Assembly (NCBI RefSeq): GCF_009914755.1
Contig: NC_060940.1
Origin: the human T2T-CHM13v2.0 reference genome, Homo sapiens
Length of the DNA: 64,000 nucleotides
Reading direction: 5' to 3' (one strand)
Shown: positions 1 to 28,529 of the stretch, in pieces
Numbering within the stretch: position 1 is the first letter of the stretch
How the letters are laid out: each line of letters starts with the position of its first letter
Made by a program: the position numbers and the translations under genes
The notes under the pieces: generated by a model
Seen by the model: only the letters and a program-made list of their open reading frames with translations
What the model was told of the DNA's origin: nothing
Database searches by the model: none

Positions 1-1311
<1,311 letters not shown>

Positions 1312-1343
1312 TCTGGATATTTTATTACATTGAGGAATTACTG

Positions 1344-1688
1344 AACTATGGTTTTAGTGTGTTCCCTCCAAAATTCGTGCTTAAACTTAATCCCTACTGT
1401 GGCAATATTAAGTGATGGGGCCTTCTCTGCCCTCGTGAATGGACTAGTGCCTTATAAAAGGGCTGGAGGAAACAAGGTTGGGCTCTTTTAGCCTGTCATC
1501 CCTTCCACTACGTGAGGACACCTAGTCAGTGACATCTACAAGGAATGGGTCATCACCAGACACCAAACTTGCTGGCACCTTGATCTTGAACTTCCCAGCC
1601 CCTAGAACTATGAGAAAATAAATTTCTCTTATTTATAAATTACCCAGTCTGTTGTATTTTGTTATAGCAGAACAAACAGACCAAGACA
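1344..1688 (+). mobile_element. MaLR solo LTR (MSTC/MSTD-like)
   Basis: Starts CTATGGTTT..GTGTTCCCTCCAAAATTC and ends AATAAATTTCT...ACAGACCAAGACA; 5-bp TSD TACTG at 1339-1343 and 1689-1693. Confidence 0.85.
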
Positions 1689-1734
1689 TACTGTTAAAAT
1701 TGCTAGCTGTGATGATGATGTTGTAACTATGGTT

Positions 1735-2128
1735 TTGTTTAGTTTCTGTAGGGACAGGGTCTCTCTGTGTTGACCAGGCTGATCTTAAGTGATCCTCCCA
1801 CCTCACCCTGGTAACATTGCCTCTTTGTTTGTTTGTTTTGGTTTTTTTTTTTGAGATGGAGCCTCACTCTGTCTCCAGGTTCGAATACAGTTGCGTGATC
1901 TCCGCTCACTGCAACTTCCGCCTCCCGGGTTCAAGCGTTTCTCTTGCCTCAGCCTTCCGAGTAGCTGGGATTACAGGCGGGCACTACCAAGCCCAGCAAA
2001 TTTTTGTATTTTTAGTAGAGACAGGGTTTCACCATGTTGGCCAGGATGGTCTCCATCTCTTAATCTCATGATCTGCCAACCTCGGCCTCCCAAAGTGCTG
2101 GGATTACAGGCATGAGCCACTGTGCCCT
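1735..2128 (-). mobile_element. Alu fragment (1735-1808) plus AluSc-like element (1822-2128)
   Basis: Reverse Alu consensus. Confidence 0.9.
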
Positions 2129-2384
2129 GTTCGGGGTCTATTCTGAAATATTTATGTTTGAAATAATAAGAATGTCTGAAATTTGCTTCAAATTGATCTA
2201 GTGGGAGTAGGAATTAGGTGGAGGTAGAGGTAACACAAGACTGGTGATGAGTGGCCAGTGGTTGAAGCTGGCTGATGGGGCCACAAGTGGGATCATTGTG
2301 CCATTCTCTCTATTTTGGTGTATGTTTGGAATTTTTCTTAAGAAAATTAAAAAACAGTGTGCATGTGGGAAGGGAGAGAATATA

Positions 2385-2520
2385 TAGAACTAGTTGCTAG
2401 GATATATGTAGATGCTTTCTGGAAGGACAAAAGGAACCAGTAACAATGTTGGCAACTGGGCTGAGAAACTGGGGAAGAGAGACAGGCGAAGGAGGGAGAC
2501 TTCTCACTCTCTACACTACT
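2385..2520 (+). mobile_element. L1ME4-like 3' fragment
   Basis: TCTGGAAGGAC...AACCAGTAACAATGTTGGC...GGAGGGAGACTTCTCACT resembles the L1ME4 3' end. Confidence 0.5.
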
Positions 2521-2539
2521 CAAATATTACTTGTTGTTG

Positions 2540-2716
2540 TTTTTATTTATTTATTTATTTATTTTTTACAGAGTTTTGCTCTGTCACCCAGGCTGGAGTG
2601 CAGTGGCGTGATCTCGGCTCCCCTGCAACCTCTGCCTCCCAGGTGCAAGTGATTCTCCTGCCTCAGCCTCCCAAGTAGCTGGGATTACAGGCAAGCACCA
2701 CCATGCCTGGCTAATT
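2540..2716 (-). mobile_element. Alu right monomer
   Basis: Reverse Alu right arm ending at the linker. Confidence 0.9.
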
Positions 2717-2729
2717 TGACCACAGCTTC

Positions 2730-2828
2730 TTTCATCCCCCTTTTACAGGTGAGGAGGCAAAGACTCAGAGAGAGAGGTGAAGGGACTTGTAAATGGCAGA
2801 GCTAAGACTGAACCCAGGGTTCCTGGAG
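2730..2828 (-). mobile_element. MIR fragment
   Basis: ATCCCCCTTTTACAGGTGAGGA...GACTCAGAGAG...AAATGGCAGAGCTAAGACTGAACCCAGG (MIR core). Confidence 0.75.
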
Positions 2829-3066
2829 CCCTGAGTAGGACATAGAATCAGCAGAGAATTCTAGAACCTAAAAGGCCACATGCACCAAGATGGTGGATGT
2901 CTCCATGGCAACCTGTGTTGATAAATGACAGAGGGGCACTTTGGTACCATGCCACCCTCCAGGACCGTAGCTCAGGTGTGGAGAGGGGTGGGAGTACCAG
3001 GAAGGACTTGGGCTTGGGCTTGAGTTTGGCCTAGCTCAACGATGGCTCAAATAGAAATGAACTTGA

Positions 3067-3682
<616 letters not shown>

Positions 3683-3756
3683 TCAACCATAGTGGGAGTA
3701 TTTACAAAAGAGCCATCAGCAGATACTACAAACCCTGGCTTTATTTGTTGAGTTGA

Positions 3757-4209
<453 letters not shown>

Positions 4210-4228
4210 TGACAAATGAGCAAAGTTC

Positions 4229-4546
4229 GCTGAATGCAGTGGCTCACACCTGTAATCCCAGCACTTTGGGAGGCCAAGGCAGGTGAACCCCTTGAGCCCA
4301 GGAGTTCAAGACCAGTCTAGACAACGTGACAAAACCCTGTCTCTAAAAAAGAATACAAAAATTAGCTGGACATGGTGGTGTGTGCCTGTAGTCCCAGTTA
4401 CTCTTTAGACTGAGGTGGGAGAATCACTTGAGCCCAGGAGGTTGAGGCTGCAGTGAGCTGAGATTATGCCACTGCACTCCAGCCTGGTGACAGATCAAGA
4501 CCCTGTCTCAAAAAAAAAAATAAAAAAAGAGAAGAAAAAAGAAAAA
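4229..4546 (+). mobile_element. AluJ
   Basis: TTGAGCCCAGGAG diagnostic; TSD AGCAAAGTTC. Confidence 0.9.
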
Positions 4547-4962
4547 GCAAAGTTCCAATATACACTATCATTGTTTCATTTCACTTTCGTCTCACTTGTT
4601 AATATAAATTTAAATATCAGCCAAATTTATCCAAACTATACCTGGAAGGCTGGTTTTAAACATTTACTAGCACACTACAGGTTGTGTGGCCTTTGTAGGC
4701 CAATAATCCTAAATTAAAATCTTTGTTTGCCACTTATTTGCAGGGTGACCTTAAAAAGTTCACTGTGTTTTCTGAACGATGTATTTTCCTTTACTGTAAA
4801 ATAGGGTCTATAATACTGACCTCATATAATTAATCATAGCCTTAATGTGTACTACTATATGCCAACTATATGCTAAGTGTATTAAGGATTATATAGATAC
4901 TGTCTATAGTATATAGTAGCTGGGATTACAGGCGTGAGCCACCACACCCGACCTCATAATTA

Positions 4963-5414
<452 letters not shown>

Positions 5415-5672
5415 TTAATGATACAGCCTGGATACGATTGCATATAATCTGCTTTAGACTTTTGAAAACAAAAGCTCAAAAGATTATTTCTGTGTGATAC
5501 AGGATCCCTTGCTACACATCTCCCCAGAGGCAATGAATGTTTGAATTCAGAGACAGGAAGAGGAGATACAGAGAGAATACTCAGCAGATGGAAAATCCCT
5601 GAACGCATTACCTAGAGAAGTGCATCAACAATAATCCCATCTTCCTTATTCACTCTTTGGTCATATCTTTAA

Positions 5673-6632
<960 letters not shown>

Positions 6633-6696
6633 TAGTCATTCTTAAGAGTGGTAACACACTACTTATGGAAGAGCAAAAAATGCATTTAGTCAAATA

Positions 6697-7670
<974 letters not shown>

Positions 7671-8196
7671 TAGTCACCTTTTAACACATAGTGCTGAAAA
7701 ATTCCTTCTCTTGTCTCATATAATTAGCGTATGCCAAAAACCATAGCCCCATTCAGGAATCATAAGAAAACGGCAGTTTGTCCATCTCCAATTTCCCAGA
7801 GCCTCAAGGAATTCACTTTCTTTCCTTAACAGCTGAGATTGTAGCGAGGACGCCGCAAACTGAATTCTAGAAACTCCTGTTCTCTCCACCTTCCCCTACA
7901 CTCAGCCCCCTCCCTCCTTGTCTTGTCAGCTTCTGACAGGTTTCAGCAAGAATCTAAAGTTCAAAAAGTTATGTTCCCGGAACTAAATGCCCGGGAGCCT
8001 CGAGTAATCTTTCTTTGCATAATACAGTACTTCGGGTTACTCTTCAAATGCCAAAATGCCTTCCACCTTTCTTTCTCAATTCTGATACTGAGAAATAGTG
8101 GATACTGAGAAATACTGCTTTGCTGAAAGAAAAACAGCAGTTCAAATGTAAAGGTAATCCATTTGAAATTCTAATTTCAGCCTCATCCCTGGGCAA

Positions 8197-10092
<1,896 letters not shown>

Positions 10093-10241
10093 TTGTCTAC
10101 CTAGCTTTCTAAGTACTTACCTACCTGGGGCCTCCCTATCTTTTTCTTTTTCTTTATATAGTAAAATGTTTTTCCTTCTTTTTTTGTGAAAATTAAATTT
10201 ATATCACATAAAATTAACCGTCTCAATTCAGTGGCATTTAG

Positions 10242-10918
<677 letters not shown>

Positions 10919-11056
10919 GAGGTATCTCTTTATCTAGAGATACCTAATATTTCTAATATCTCTCCAAAACATTTTCTTCATCTCAGAAGAAAACTCTTAT
11001 TAAGCGATTTCTCCCCATTCCCTCCTCTTCCAAGTCCCTGACAACCACCAATCTGT

Positions 11057-11633
<577 letters not shown>

Positions 11634-12182
11634 TAGCTCATTTCTATGTCAGAATAATGATCCATTGTACAGGTATATCACAGTTTGTTTATTCATTCAT
11701 CCATTGATGGACATAAAGATTGTTTCCACTTTTATCCACTATCATTAATACTGCTACTATGAACATTCATATACAAGTTTTTGTTTGAAGACCTATTTTC
11801 AATCTTTTGGGTATGTACCTAGGAGTGGAATTGCCGGGTCATATGGTAACTCTATGTTTAACTTTTGGAGGACCTGCCAAACTTTTCCACGGCAGCTGCA
11901 CCATTTACATTCTCACTAGCAATGCACGAGGGTTCTAAATGTGTCCATATCCTCACCCACACTTGCTATTTTCCATTTTTAAAATTATTACCATTCTAGT
12001 GGGTGTGAAGCAGTATCTCATTGTGGTTTAGATTTGCATTTCCCTAATGGCTACTGATGTTGAGCATATTTTCATGTGCTTTGTTGAAGATGTGTATACT
12101 TTCCTTGGAGAAATGTCTCTTCAACTGTTGACCATTTTAAAATCAGATAGTTTGTCTTTTTGTTGTTGACTTGTAAGAATTC

Positions 12183-12870
<688 letters not shown>

Positions 12871-12898
12871 TTAGTTCTTATGTCTGGGTCATCAATCC

Positions 12899-12988
12899 TT
12901 TTTTTTTTTTTGAGACAGAGTTTCGCTCTTGTTGCCTAGGCTGGAGTGCAATGGCACGATCTCGGCTCACTGCAATCTCCACCTCCCA
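12899..12988 (-). mobile_element. Alu 3' fragment (Sq/Sp type)
   Basis: GAGTTTCGCTCTTGTTGCC diagnostic; truncated at 12988. Confidence 0.9.
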
Positions 12989-13079
12989 TCCCAATTCTGA
13001 AAAAGGCACTTCCACCTAATGAATTCACATAGACACTACAACATAAGGAGGGGAACCACCAGTTAAACCAACAGGCCAG

Positions 13080-13169
13080 TATTAGGGAAACTGAATATCC
13101 ACATTAGAAGAAATGATGTTGGATCCCTACTTCACATCGTATGCAAAACTTAATTAAAAAAGGATTAAT
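13080..13169 (+). mobile_element. L1 ORF2 fragment, inverted relative to the adjacent L1
   Basis: GGGAAACTGAATATCCACATT..GTTGGATCCCTACTTCACATCGTATGCAAAACTTAATT..GGATT aligns to the L1 ORF2 3' region. Confidence 0.8.
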
Positions 13170-13673
<504 letters not shown>

Positions 13674-13742
13674 GGAAGCCAATGCATGGGCTCCTGTGGT
13701 GGCCACAGGGTCCAGAATTCTCAGGTCTCAGGGATGACTTCA

Positions 13743-14203
13743 CTAGGGCAGTGCAGAAGGGAAATGTGGGGTTGAAGCCCCCACACAGAGCTCCCACTGG
13801 GGCACTGTCTAGTGGAGCTATGAGAAGAGAGCCATCGTCCTCCAGACCCCAGAATGGTAGATCCACCATGCACCACGCACCTGGAAAAGCTGCAGGCTCT
13901 CAACGCCAGCCCGTGAAAGCAGCTGGGAGGGAGGCTGTACCCGCAAAGCCACAGGGGCGGAGCTGCCCAAGACCATGGGAACCCACTTCTTGCATCAGCG
14001 TGACCTGGATGTGAGTCATGGAATCAAAGGAGATTATTTTGGAGCTTTAAGATTTGACGGCCCCGTTGGATTTCAGACTTGCGTGGGGCCTGTAGCCCCC
14101 TTATTTCAGCCACTCTCTCCCATTTGGAATGATGTATTTATCCATTGTCTGTACCCCCATTGTATCTATGAGGTAACTAACTTGCTTTTGATTTTATGGA
14201 CTC
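13743..14203 (+). mobile_element. THE1-int (MaLR internal) fragment without LTRs
   Basis: CTAGGGCAGTGCAGAAGGGAAATGTGGGGTTG...GGAGCTTTAAGATTTGAC...GTAACTAACTTGCTTTTGATTTTA. Confidence 0.88.
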
Positions 14204-14397
14204 TTGGGCCCTAGGACCTGAAATTCCTTTGGTTTCCCTTCTTGCAGAAGCCTTGTCTTTGGTCTCCCAAGCTAATCTTGGGCTTAAGAGACTAGACAAG
14301 TGCCCTCTGGTGGCGAAAGGGAGCCTCTGGGTTCTCTCAAGTGGGATCTCAAAATCCTCTGGGATCTTCTCTTCCCAAATGTGGGTGGAGGAGGGAC

Positions 14398-14552
14398 CTT
14401 CCCTCCCTCCCTCCCTCCTTTCCTTTCCTTTCCTTTCCTTCCTTCCTTCCTTCCTTCCTTCCTTCCTTCCTTCCTTCCTTCCTTCCTTCCTTCCTTCCTT
14501 CCTTCGGTCCCTCCCTCCCTCCTTCCTTCCTTCCTTCCTTCCCTTTCTTCCT
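14398..14552. repeat. (CCTT/TTCC)n microsatellite: 17 uninterrupted units at 14435-14502 and 5 more at 14523-14542
   Basis: Direct reading; extends the tail of the antisense Alu at 14553-14840. Confidence 0.97.
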
Positions 14553-14840
<288 letters not shown>

Positions 14841-15092
14841 TGGACATTGGTTTTCTGAAACCCAAGTAAATGGAATGTGCTGCCAGGGTTGAGAACCTCC
14901 GCTCGTGGAATGTATTGCATTTCCACCGGAAGCTCTGCTCCTGGGCGAGTCTGTCCCATTGTAGGTCTACAGGAAACATCTCATTGCAGTCTTCCTCTTC
15001 TGAATGTAATTTATTTAAATGTCTATTTATAAGCGTATAGATTTGTTTAATTATAAAAAAGATCAAACATCATTTTAAAAATACAGATTGTA

Positions 15093-15480
15093 GGCCAGGC
15101 ATGGTGGCTCAAATAATCTCAGCTCATGTAGATTGGTGGCTCAAATAATCTCAGCTCAGCTGAGATTACGTGGTGCTCATGTAATCTCAGCACTTTGGGA
15201 GGCTGAAGTGGGAGGATCGTTTGAGCCCAGGAGTTCAAGACCAGCCTGGCCAACATGGTGAAACCCCATCTCTACAAAACATACAAAAGTTAGCCGGGCA
15301 TGGTGGTGCATGCCTGTAGTCGCAGCTACTCAGGAGGCTGAGGCAGGAGGATCGCTTGAATCTGGGAGGCGGAGGTTGCAGTGAGCCAAGGTCGCACCAC
15401 TGCACTCCAGCCTAGGTGACAGAGTGAGCCACTGTATCAAACAAACAAACAAACCAAAAAAAAAAAAAAAAAAGAAATAA
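15093..15480 (+). mobile_element. Alu (J/S) with rearranged 5' end
   Basis: Alu consensus with a duplicated and inverted segment at 15102-15191. Confidence 0.9.
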
Positions 15481-15542
15481 AAGAAGGAAGGAAGGAAATA
15501 TATAGATTATAACAGGAGATCATATTCCTATTATGTGATTGG

Positions 15543-16524
<982 letters not shown>

Positions 16525-16957
16525 ACGGATAAAGATGAAAAGTTTTGATAATGCAAAGTGTAGGGGCAGGAGGAGGGCTATAGGGAAAGGGCCATCCTCA
16601 TTTTGTGTTGGAAAAAGGCACTGTCACTTGGTACCCTCTTTTTGCAGGGCAATACCTGTCCAAATCCAAACCTGGGCTCTCTTGCGATTCAGTTCATTTC
16701 TCACAAGCAATCCTCGTCCAACGATTGCTTGAGTGTGCCCAAAGTGGTGTCATTTCAAAAAACTGAAAAGAATGTTCAAATACATCCGTTGAACACTTGA
16801 CAAATAAATCATGAGACTCCTGCACTATGGCTGGATTGTCATGCTGCCTTCATAAAGAATGAGGCAGAGAACACCCTTAAATAGAACTGTCTGCCAGATA
16901 CATCCGGTTGGAATAGCAAGCTGCAGAACCACATGCCTAGAATGATCTAACTTCTAT

Positions 16958-19472
<2,515 letters not shown>

Positions 19473-19559
19473 AAATGATAATGATGACCATTATTGCTAT
19501 TATTTTTCTTTCTTTTCTTCTTTCTTTCTGTTTTCCTTCCTTCCTTCCTTCCTCTTTCT

Positions 19560-19851
19560 TTCTTTTTTTAGACAGGGTCTTGCTCTGTCACCCAAGCTGG
19601 AATGCAGGGGCGCAATCTTCACTCACTGCAACCTCTGCCTCCTGGGTTCAAGTGATTCTCCTGCCTCAGCATCCTGAGTAGCTGAGATAACAGGCACCCG
19701 CCACCACTCCCGGCTAGTTTTTGGCATTTTTCGTAGAGATGGGGTTTTGCCATGTTGGCCAGGCTGGTCTCGAACCCCTGACCTCAAGTAATTCACCCTC
19801 CTTGGCCTCCCAAAGTGCTGAGATTATAGGTGTAAACTACCAGGCCTGGCC
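19560..19851 (-). mobile_element. AluS with CT-rich tail
   Basis: Reverse Alu; TSD ATTGCTATT. Confidence 0.9.
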
Positions 19852-20023
19852 TATTGCTATTCTTTTTTTCTTTACTAATAATGTAATTCACATATGTCAT
19901 TATTAAGTTATGCAACTGCATAGTGAGGTCTCCCATAAGACTGTGGGCTCCTTGAAGGTAATGTCTATCTTAGCCCTCTTTGTCTCTACCATAAACCGAA
20001 CCAACTTACGATCAGGAGTGGGG

Positions 20024-20026
<3 letters not shown>

Positions 20027-20097
<71 letters not shown>
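20027..20097. repeat. Perfect (AG)35 microsatellite
   Basis: Direct count, 20027-20096. Confidence 0.98.
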
Positions 20098-20100
<3 letters not shown>

Positions 20101-20227
20101 GTCCCTGTCCACAGTGCTGAATCTTCATGGCCTGCTAGTGCTTGGGTGTTTCCTGTGCTGCTTCCTCTCCAACCTGTATCTCACCAGACCTTTTTACTAC
20201 GCATTTACAAAGACATTTATGCAAGCA

Positions 20228-20420
20228 TAAAAAATGCTGGCCTCTAGTCCCAGCTACTCAGGAGGCTGAGGTGGGAAGATCCCTTGAGCCCAGGAGGCAG
20301 AGGCTTCCAATAAGCTGAGATTGTGCTACAGCACTCAGCCTGGGTGGCAGAGCGAGACCCTGTCTCAAAATAAACAAATAAATAAAATAAAATAAAAAAT
20401 AAAAATTTTAAAAATAAAAA
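20228..20420 (+). mobile_element. AluJ right monomer
   Basis: Alu right arm with A-rich tail. Confidence 0.85.
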
Positions 20421-20559
20421 TGTAGCTCTGTCAAGAATGTTCTTTCTTCCTTTGTATATCTGCATGGTGCCTTCTTGGTCATCCACTGAGGCTTTGCTTA
20501 AGTGCCTCATTTCTAGAAAGCTTCTCCCAGTCTATCTGCTTGTATCTCCAGCATCAGTC

Positions 20560-21437
<878 letters not shown>

Positions 21438-21556
21438 TCATTCCAGCATTTTTTCTGTACAATATGGCATTGGATATATGCTTTTCCTATTACCAAAGCA
21501 ATAGTATATTGTACATAAGATATTGTTTTATTTGCACGCCATCAGATATTCTATGG

Positions 21557-21880
21557 CAGGGGTCGGCAAACTTTTTCAGGAAAGGTCCAGAAAGTAAATA
21601 CATTTGGCTTTGCAGGTCACATGTTCCTTGTAGCAGCTACTCAACCCTGCTCTTGCAGTGTGAAAACAGCCACAGGCGATACGTAAATGAGTAAGTGTGG
21701 CTGCATTCCAATAAAAGTTTATTTACAGTCCCTGAAATTGGAATTTCATATAGTTTTCATGTCTTTTGATTTTTTAACCATTTTTTAAAAAGTAGAGACT
21801 ATTCTTAGCTCACAGACTGAATAAAAACAGGTGGGGGTGGGGGCTACATTCAGCCTGCAGGCGGTTGTTAACCAACTGCG
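21557..21880 (+). mobile_element. MER58B (hAT-Charlie)
   Basis: CAGGGGTCGGCAAACTTTTTC..AAAGGTCCAGAAAGTAAATA..TTCCAATAAAA..CTGAAATTGGAATTTCATATA. Confidence 0.88.
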
Positions 21881-22021
21881 CTGCTACATTTTTTTTCTGG
21901 CCGCATCGCATTGCATTTCATAAATGCACCATTGTTTACTTAAATCATCCCTTTTTGCTAATATTTGAATGGCTTCAATATTTTGCATTTCTGGAAAGCT
22001 GGGACAGAAAGCACCTTTGAA

Positions 22022-23166
<1,145 letters not shown>

Positions 23167-23169
23167 TCA

Positions 23170-23615
23170 TTATCAAGAAGCAGAATCTATTTCTTCTGCA
23201 TCTGAACTTGGTCAGGACGTTGTGACTGCCACAGTGAACAGAATATGGGAGAAATTACTTCCAAAACTAAGCCGTGAAAGGTGATCTGATTTCCACCTGT
23301 CTCCCTTTCTTTCCAGATGCTTGGCCTTGAAACCCAGCCGCCATGCTGTGAGGAAGCCCAAGCCAGCCACACAAAGAGATCCACGTGGAGAGGCACTGAG
23401 GCCCCGCCTACAAGGAGCATCCTCTTACTCACATGGGAGGGAGGGATGGAGGGAGCCTTGAATGATCCAGACCCTGGCTTTCCAGCTGAGGTTCCAGACA
23501 ACAAGGAGCAGAGACAAGCTGTCATCATGGATGCTCTGTGTCTGAATTCCTGACCCATTCAACCGTATCCATAATAAATGGTTGCTCTATGTCACTGAAT
23601 TTTGGGGTAGGCATA
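23170..23615 (+). mobile_element. MLT1G/H-like MaLR LTR
   Basis: GAAACCCAGCCGCCATGCTGTGAGGAAGCCCAAGC..GGAGCAGAGACAAGC..GAATTCCTGACCCA..ATAATAAATGGTTG. Confidence 0.8.
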
Positions 23616-24000
23616 AAAACTGGAGCAGCTTATAAGTCCGAAGTCATAAAAACGGGTGCAGCTAATGAGCACGGAAGTCAGGGTTTGAATATAGGCATCC
23701 AAGACTCTTTCCACTACATTTCCCCGCTACCCCACTCTTGCTGTGTGGCGAAACACCAGCATCATCACATTTATCCGCCTCCTCTCCCCCTGCCTGGGAC
23801 CTCTGACTAATCTCAAGAGCACTCATTTTTATTTGGAAAAAAAAATCAGAATTCAAAGGAAATTGTTCACAGAGCGTGTAAAAGCCTTTCCCAGTGACAG
23901 CTGCAGTTCATTTCACAAAAAAGAGCCACCAGCCCACTTATAGCAGCCCCCCTCCCCACCCCCAACAAGTGAGAAAACCTGAGTCAAACAAAAGTGATGA

Positions 24001-24990
<990 letters not shown>

Positions 24991-25198
24991 AGCACTGTCT
25001 TTTCTATACCTACCTTGCCTCCCTCCAAATAACTTTTCAGCAGGCATAGATATAAACCCACGTCTTCAGACTTGAGAGCAAAGTTTAGCTGAATGTGAAT
25101 CTGTTTTCTTTCCTCTGGGCCTGTGGATCAAATAGGACTCATTGCACGATGGAAAAAATAACAAAAAACAAATCAACAACCCCAAACTAAGCTGTTTA

Positions 25199-26863
<1,665 letters not shown>

Positions 26864-26899
26864 GATGCTCGAGAAAATGCTAAGTGCCAAGTGAAATGT

Positions 26900-27340
26900 C
26901 AAATGACACATCTCTTTCCCACCTCCCCCATCAGAGGAGCTGTAAGTGACAGCGCTATCCAGTGTTGGCTAGAGCATGGGGATTGGCCACACACAGAAGA
27001 TCAAGTGTAAATGGAAGCATCCTTTTGGAAAGTCAATCTGACAATATTTCTCGAAGATTTAACTCCTTACTTCTAGAAATCCCTAGAAATCAATGCACGG
27101 GTGCCCAAGGATGTATGTGCAAGTGACAATTGACAAAGGATTATTTGTGAAAATGAAACAGTGGAAACCCCCTAACAGTTCATCTTTGCACTATAGAATG
27201 CCACATAGGACTGCACCACCATTAAATGCAGAGAAACATGGAGAGACATAAGGTGCTCTCCAAGATTTATTAAATACAAAAAGCAAAATGCAAAATATGC
27301 ACAAGGTATGACCCCATTTTTGGAAAAAAGAGAATATTCG
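26900..27340 (+). mobile_element. L1ME-class fragment
   Basis: GTGTAAATGG..CCTTTTGGAAAGTCAATCTGACAATAT..TACTTCTAGAAAT..AAAAGCAAAATGCAAAA. Confidence 0.55.
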
Positions 27341-27344
27341 AGAG

Positions 27345-27602
27345 ACAATAGAATGCAATGGTTGTGAACAGACTCTGGAACCAGGCTGCCTGGGTTTCAA
27401 TCCCAGCTCTTTTTCTCTGAAGCTGTGTGACTTTGGGGAAGTTACTTTACCTCTCTGGGCCTGAGTTTTCTCCTCTGTAAAGTAGAGCTAATAATAGAGT
27501 TTGCCTCATGGGGTTTTGTGAAGACTAAATAAATGAATCCATGTAAAGTGTTTAGAGCAGGGCCTGATATGTATCAAAATGCCCAACTAGTGTTAGCTAT
27601 TA
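27345..27602 (+). mobile_element. Near full-length MIR
   Basis: AGACTCTGGAACCAGGCTGCCTGGGTTTCAATCCCAGCTC..GCTGTGTGACTTTGGG..TGTTAGCTATTA. Confidence 0.88.
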
Positions 27603-28109
27603 GCCCTGTGCACATATATACATAAATGGAGAGACAGAAAGAGAGAGAGAGAGATTGTAAGGATGTGCTCCAAACTGTAGATAGTGGAAGCTCGTGAAAA
27701 GGGACTCCACATTTTGCTAAAATCCAGATTGCTAAAATCTTTCACAATAAACATAGATTCATGTATTACTTGGGTGATATTTTTAATACTCTCCACTTCC
27801 AAATCCCCAACCATGATGTCAGTTAACATTTTTCCTTCTGTGGAATATTCTCATTCTGTGTGAGACAGGGCAGAGTCTAGCATGATCATTGTGCAGTTGG
27901 AGAAAGGTAAGCTGCTGGAGGTTAAGCCATTTGTCCACCTTCAGCCTTAGACCCCCTGGTCAGCCTGGCCTGGCACACAGAACCTTGTTTTCCCCCAACT
28001 CCACTCCATCCCATCTCTACCATGGGGTTCAGTCCTCAGTTGCCTTTATGACTTTAAAGTGTGTTTCTTCCTTCTTTAGGCTGTGCAAAGAGCTCTCACT
28101 CAAAATGTC

Positions 28110-28255
28110 TCACGCCTTTCTTTTGCCAACCCTAGCAAGTAGACAATATTATGACCTCATTTTTCAGATGAGGACACTGAGGCACAGAGTTGTATAGTAG
28201 TGTGCCTACGGTCACACAGCTAATAAGGGGCAGAGCTGGGCTTCAAAGTCACTTC
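28110..28255 (-). mobile_element. MIR fragment
   Basis: CTCATTTTTCAGATGAGGACACTGAGGCACAGAG..GGTCACACAGCTAATAAGGGGCAGAGCTGGG. Confidence 0.8.
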
Positions 28256-28529
28256 TTTCTGATGTCAAGGCTTGTGTTCTTTCAAAATTTAATCAGTCAT
28301 ATATGCCCACAGTTCTTTCAAAATGTAAATAAGTCAGGTGTGCACACAGTTACTGCAGGTGCCCATCCATCCAAGAAAACCTCCTAGCAGGAAGCCCCTG
28401 CAAGGCAGGAGCCTCTCTGCTGCCAGTGCTGTGATCTTGCAACAGTCTTGGAGTCTTGCCTCCAGATCTGCAGGGCTCTGTGGGGAGTGCTGGCCTGGAC
28501 CCACATCCAAGCTTGTGTCTGGGTCAGAC

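Noticed and set aside
27900-27913. Strong donor AAG|GTAAGC
   Set aside because: No convincing upstream acceptor or promoter to define an exon
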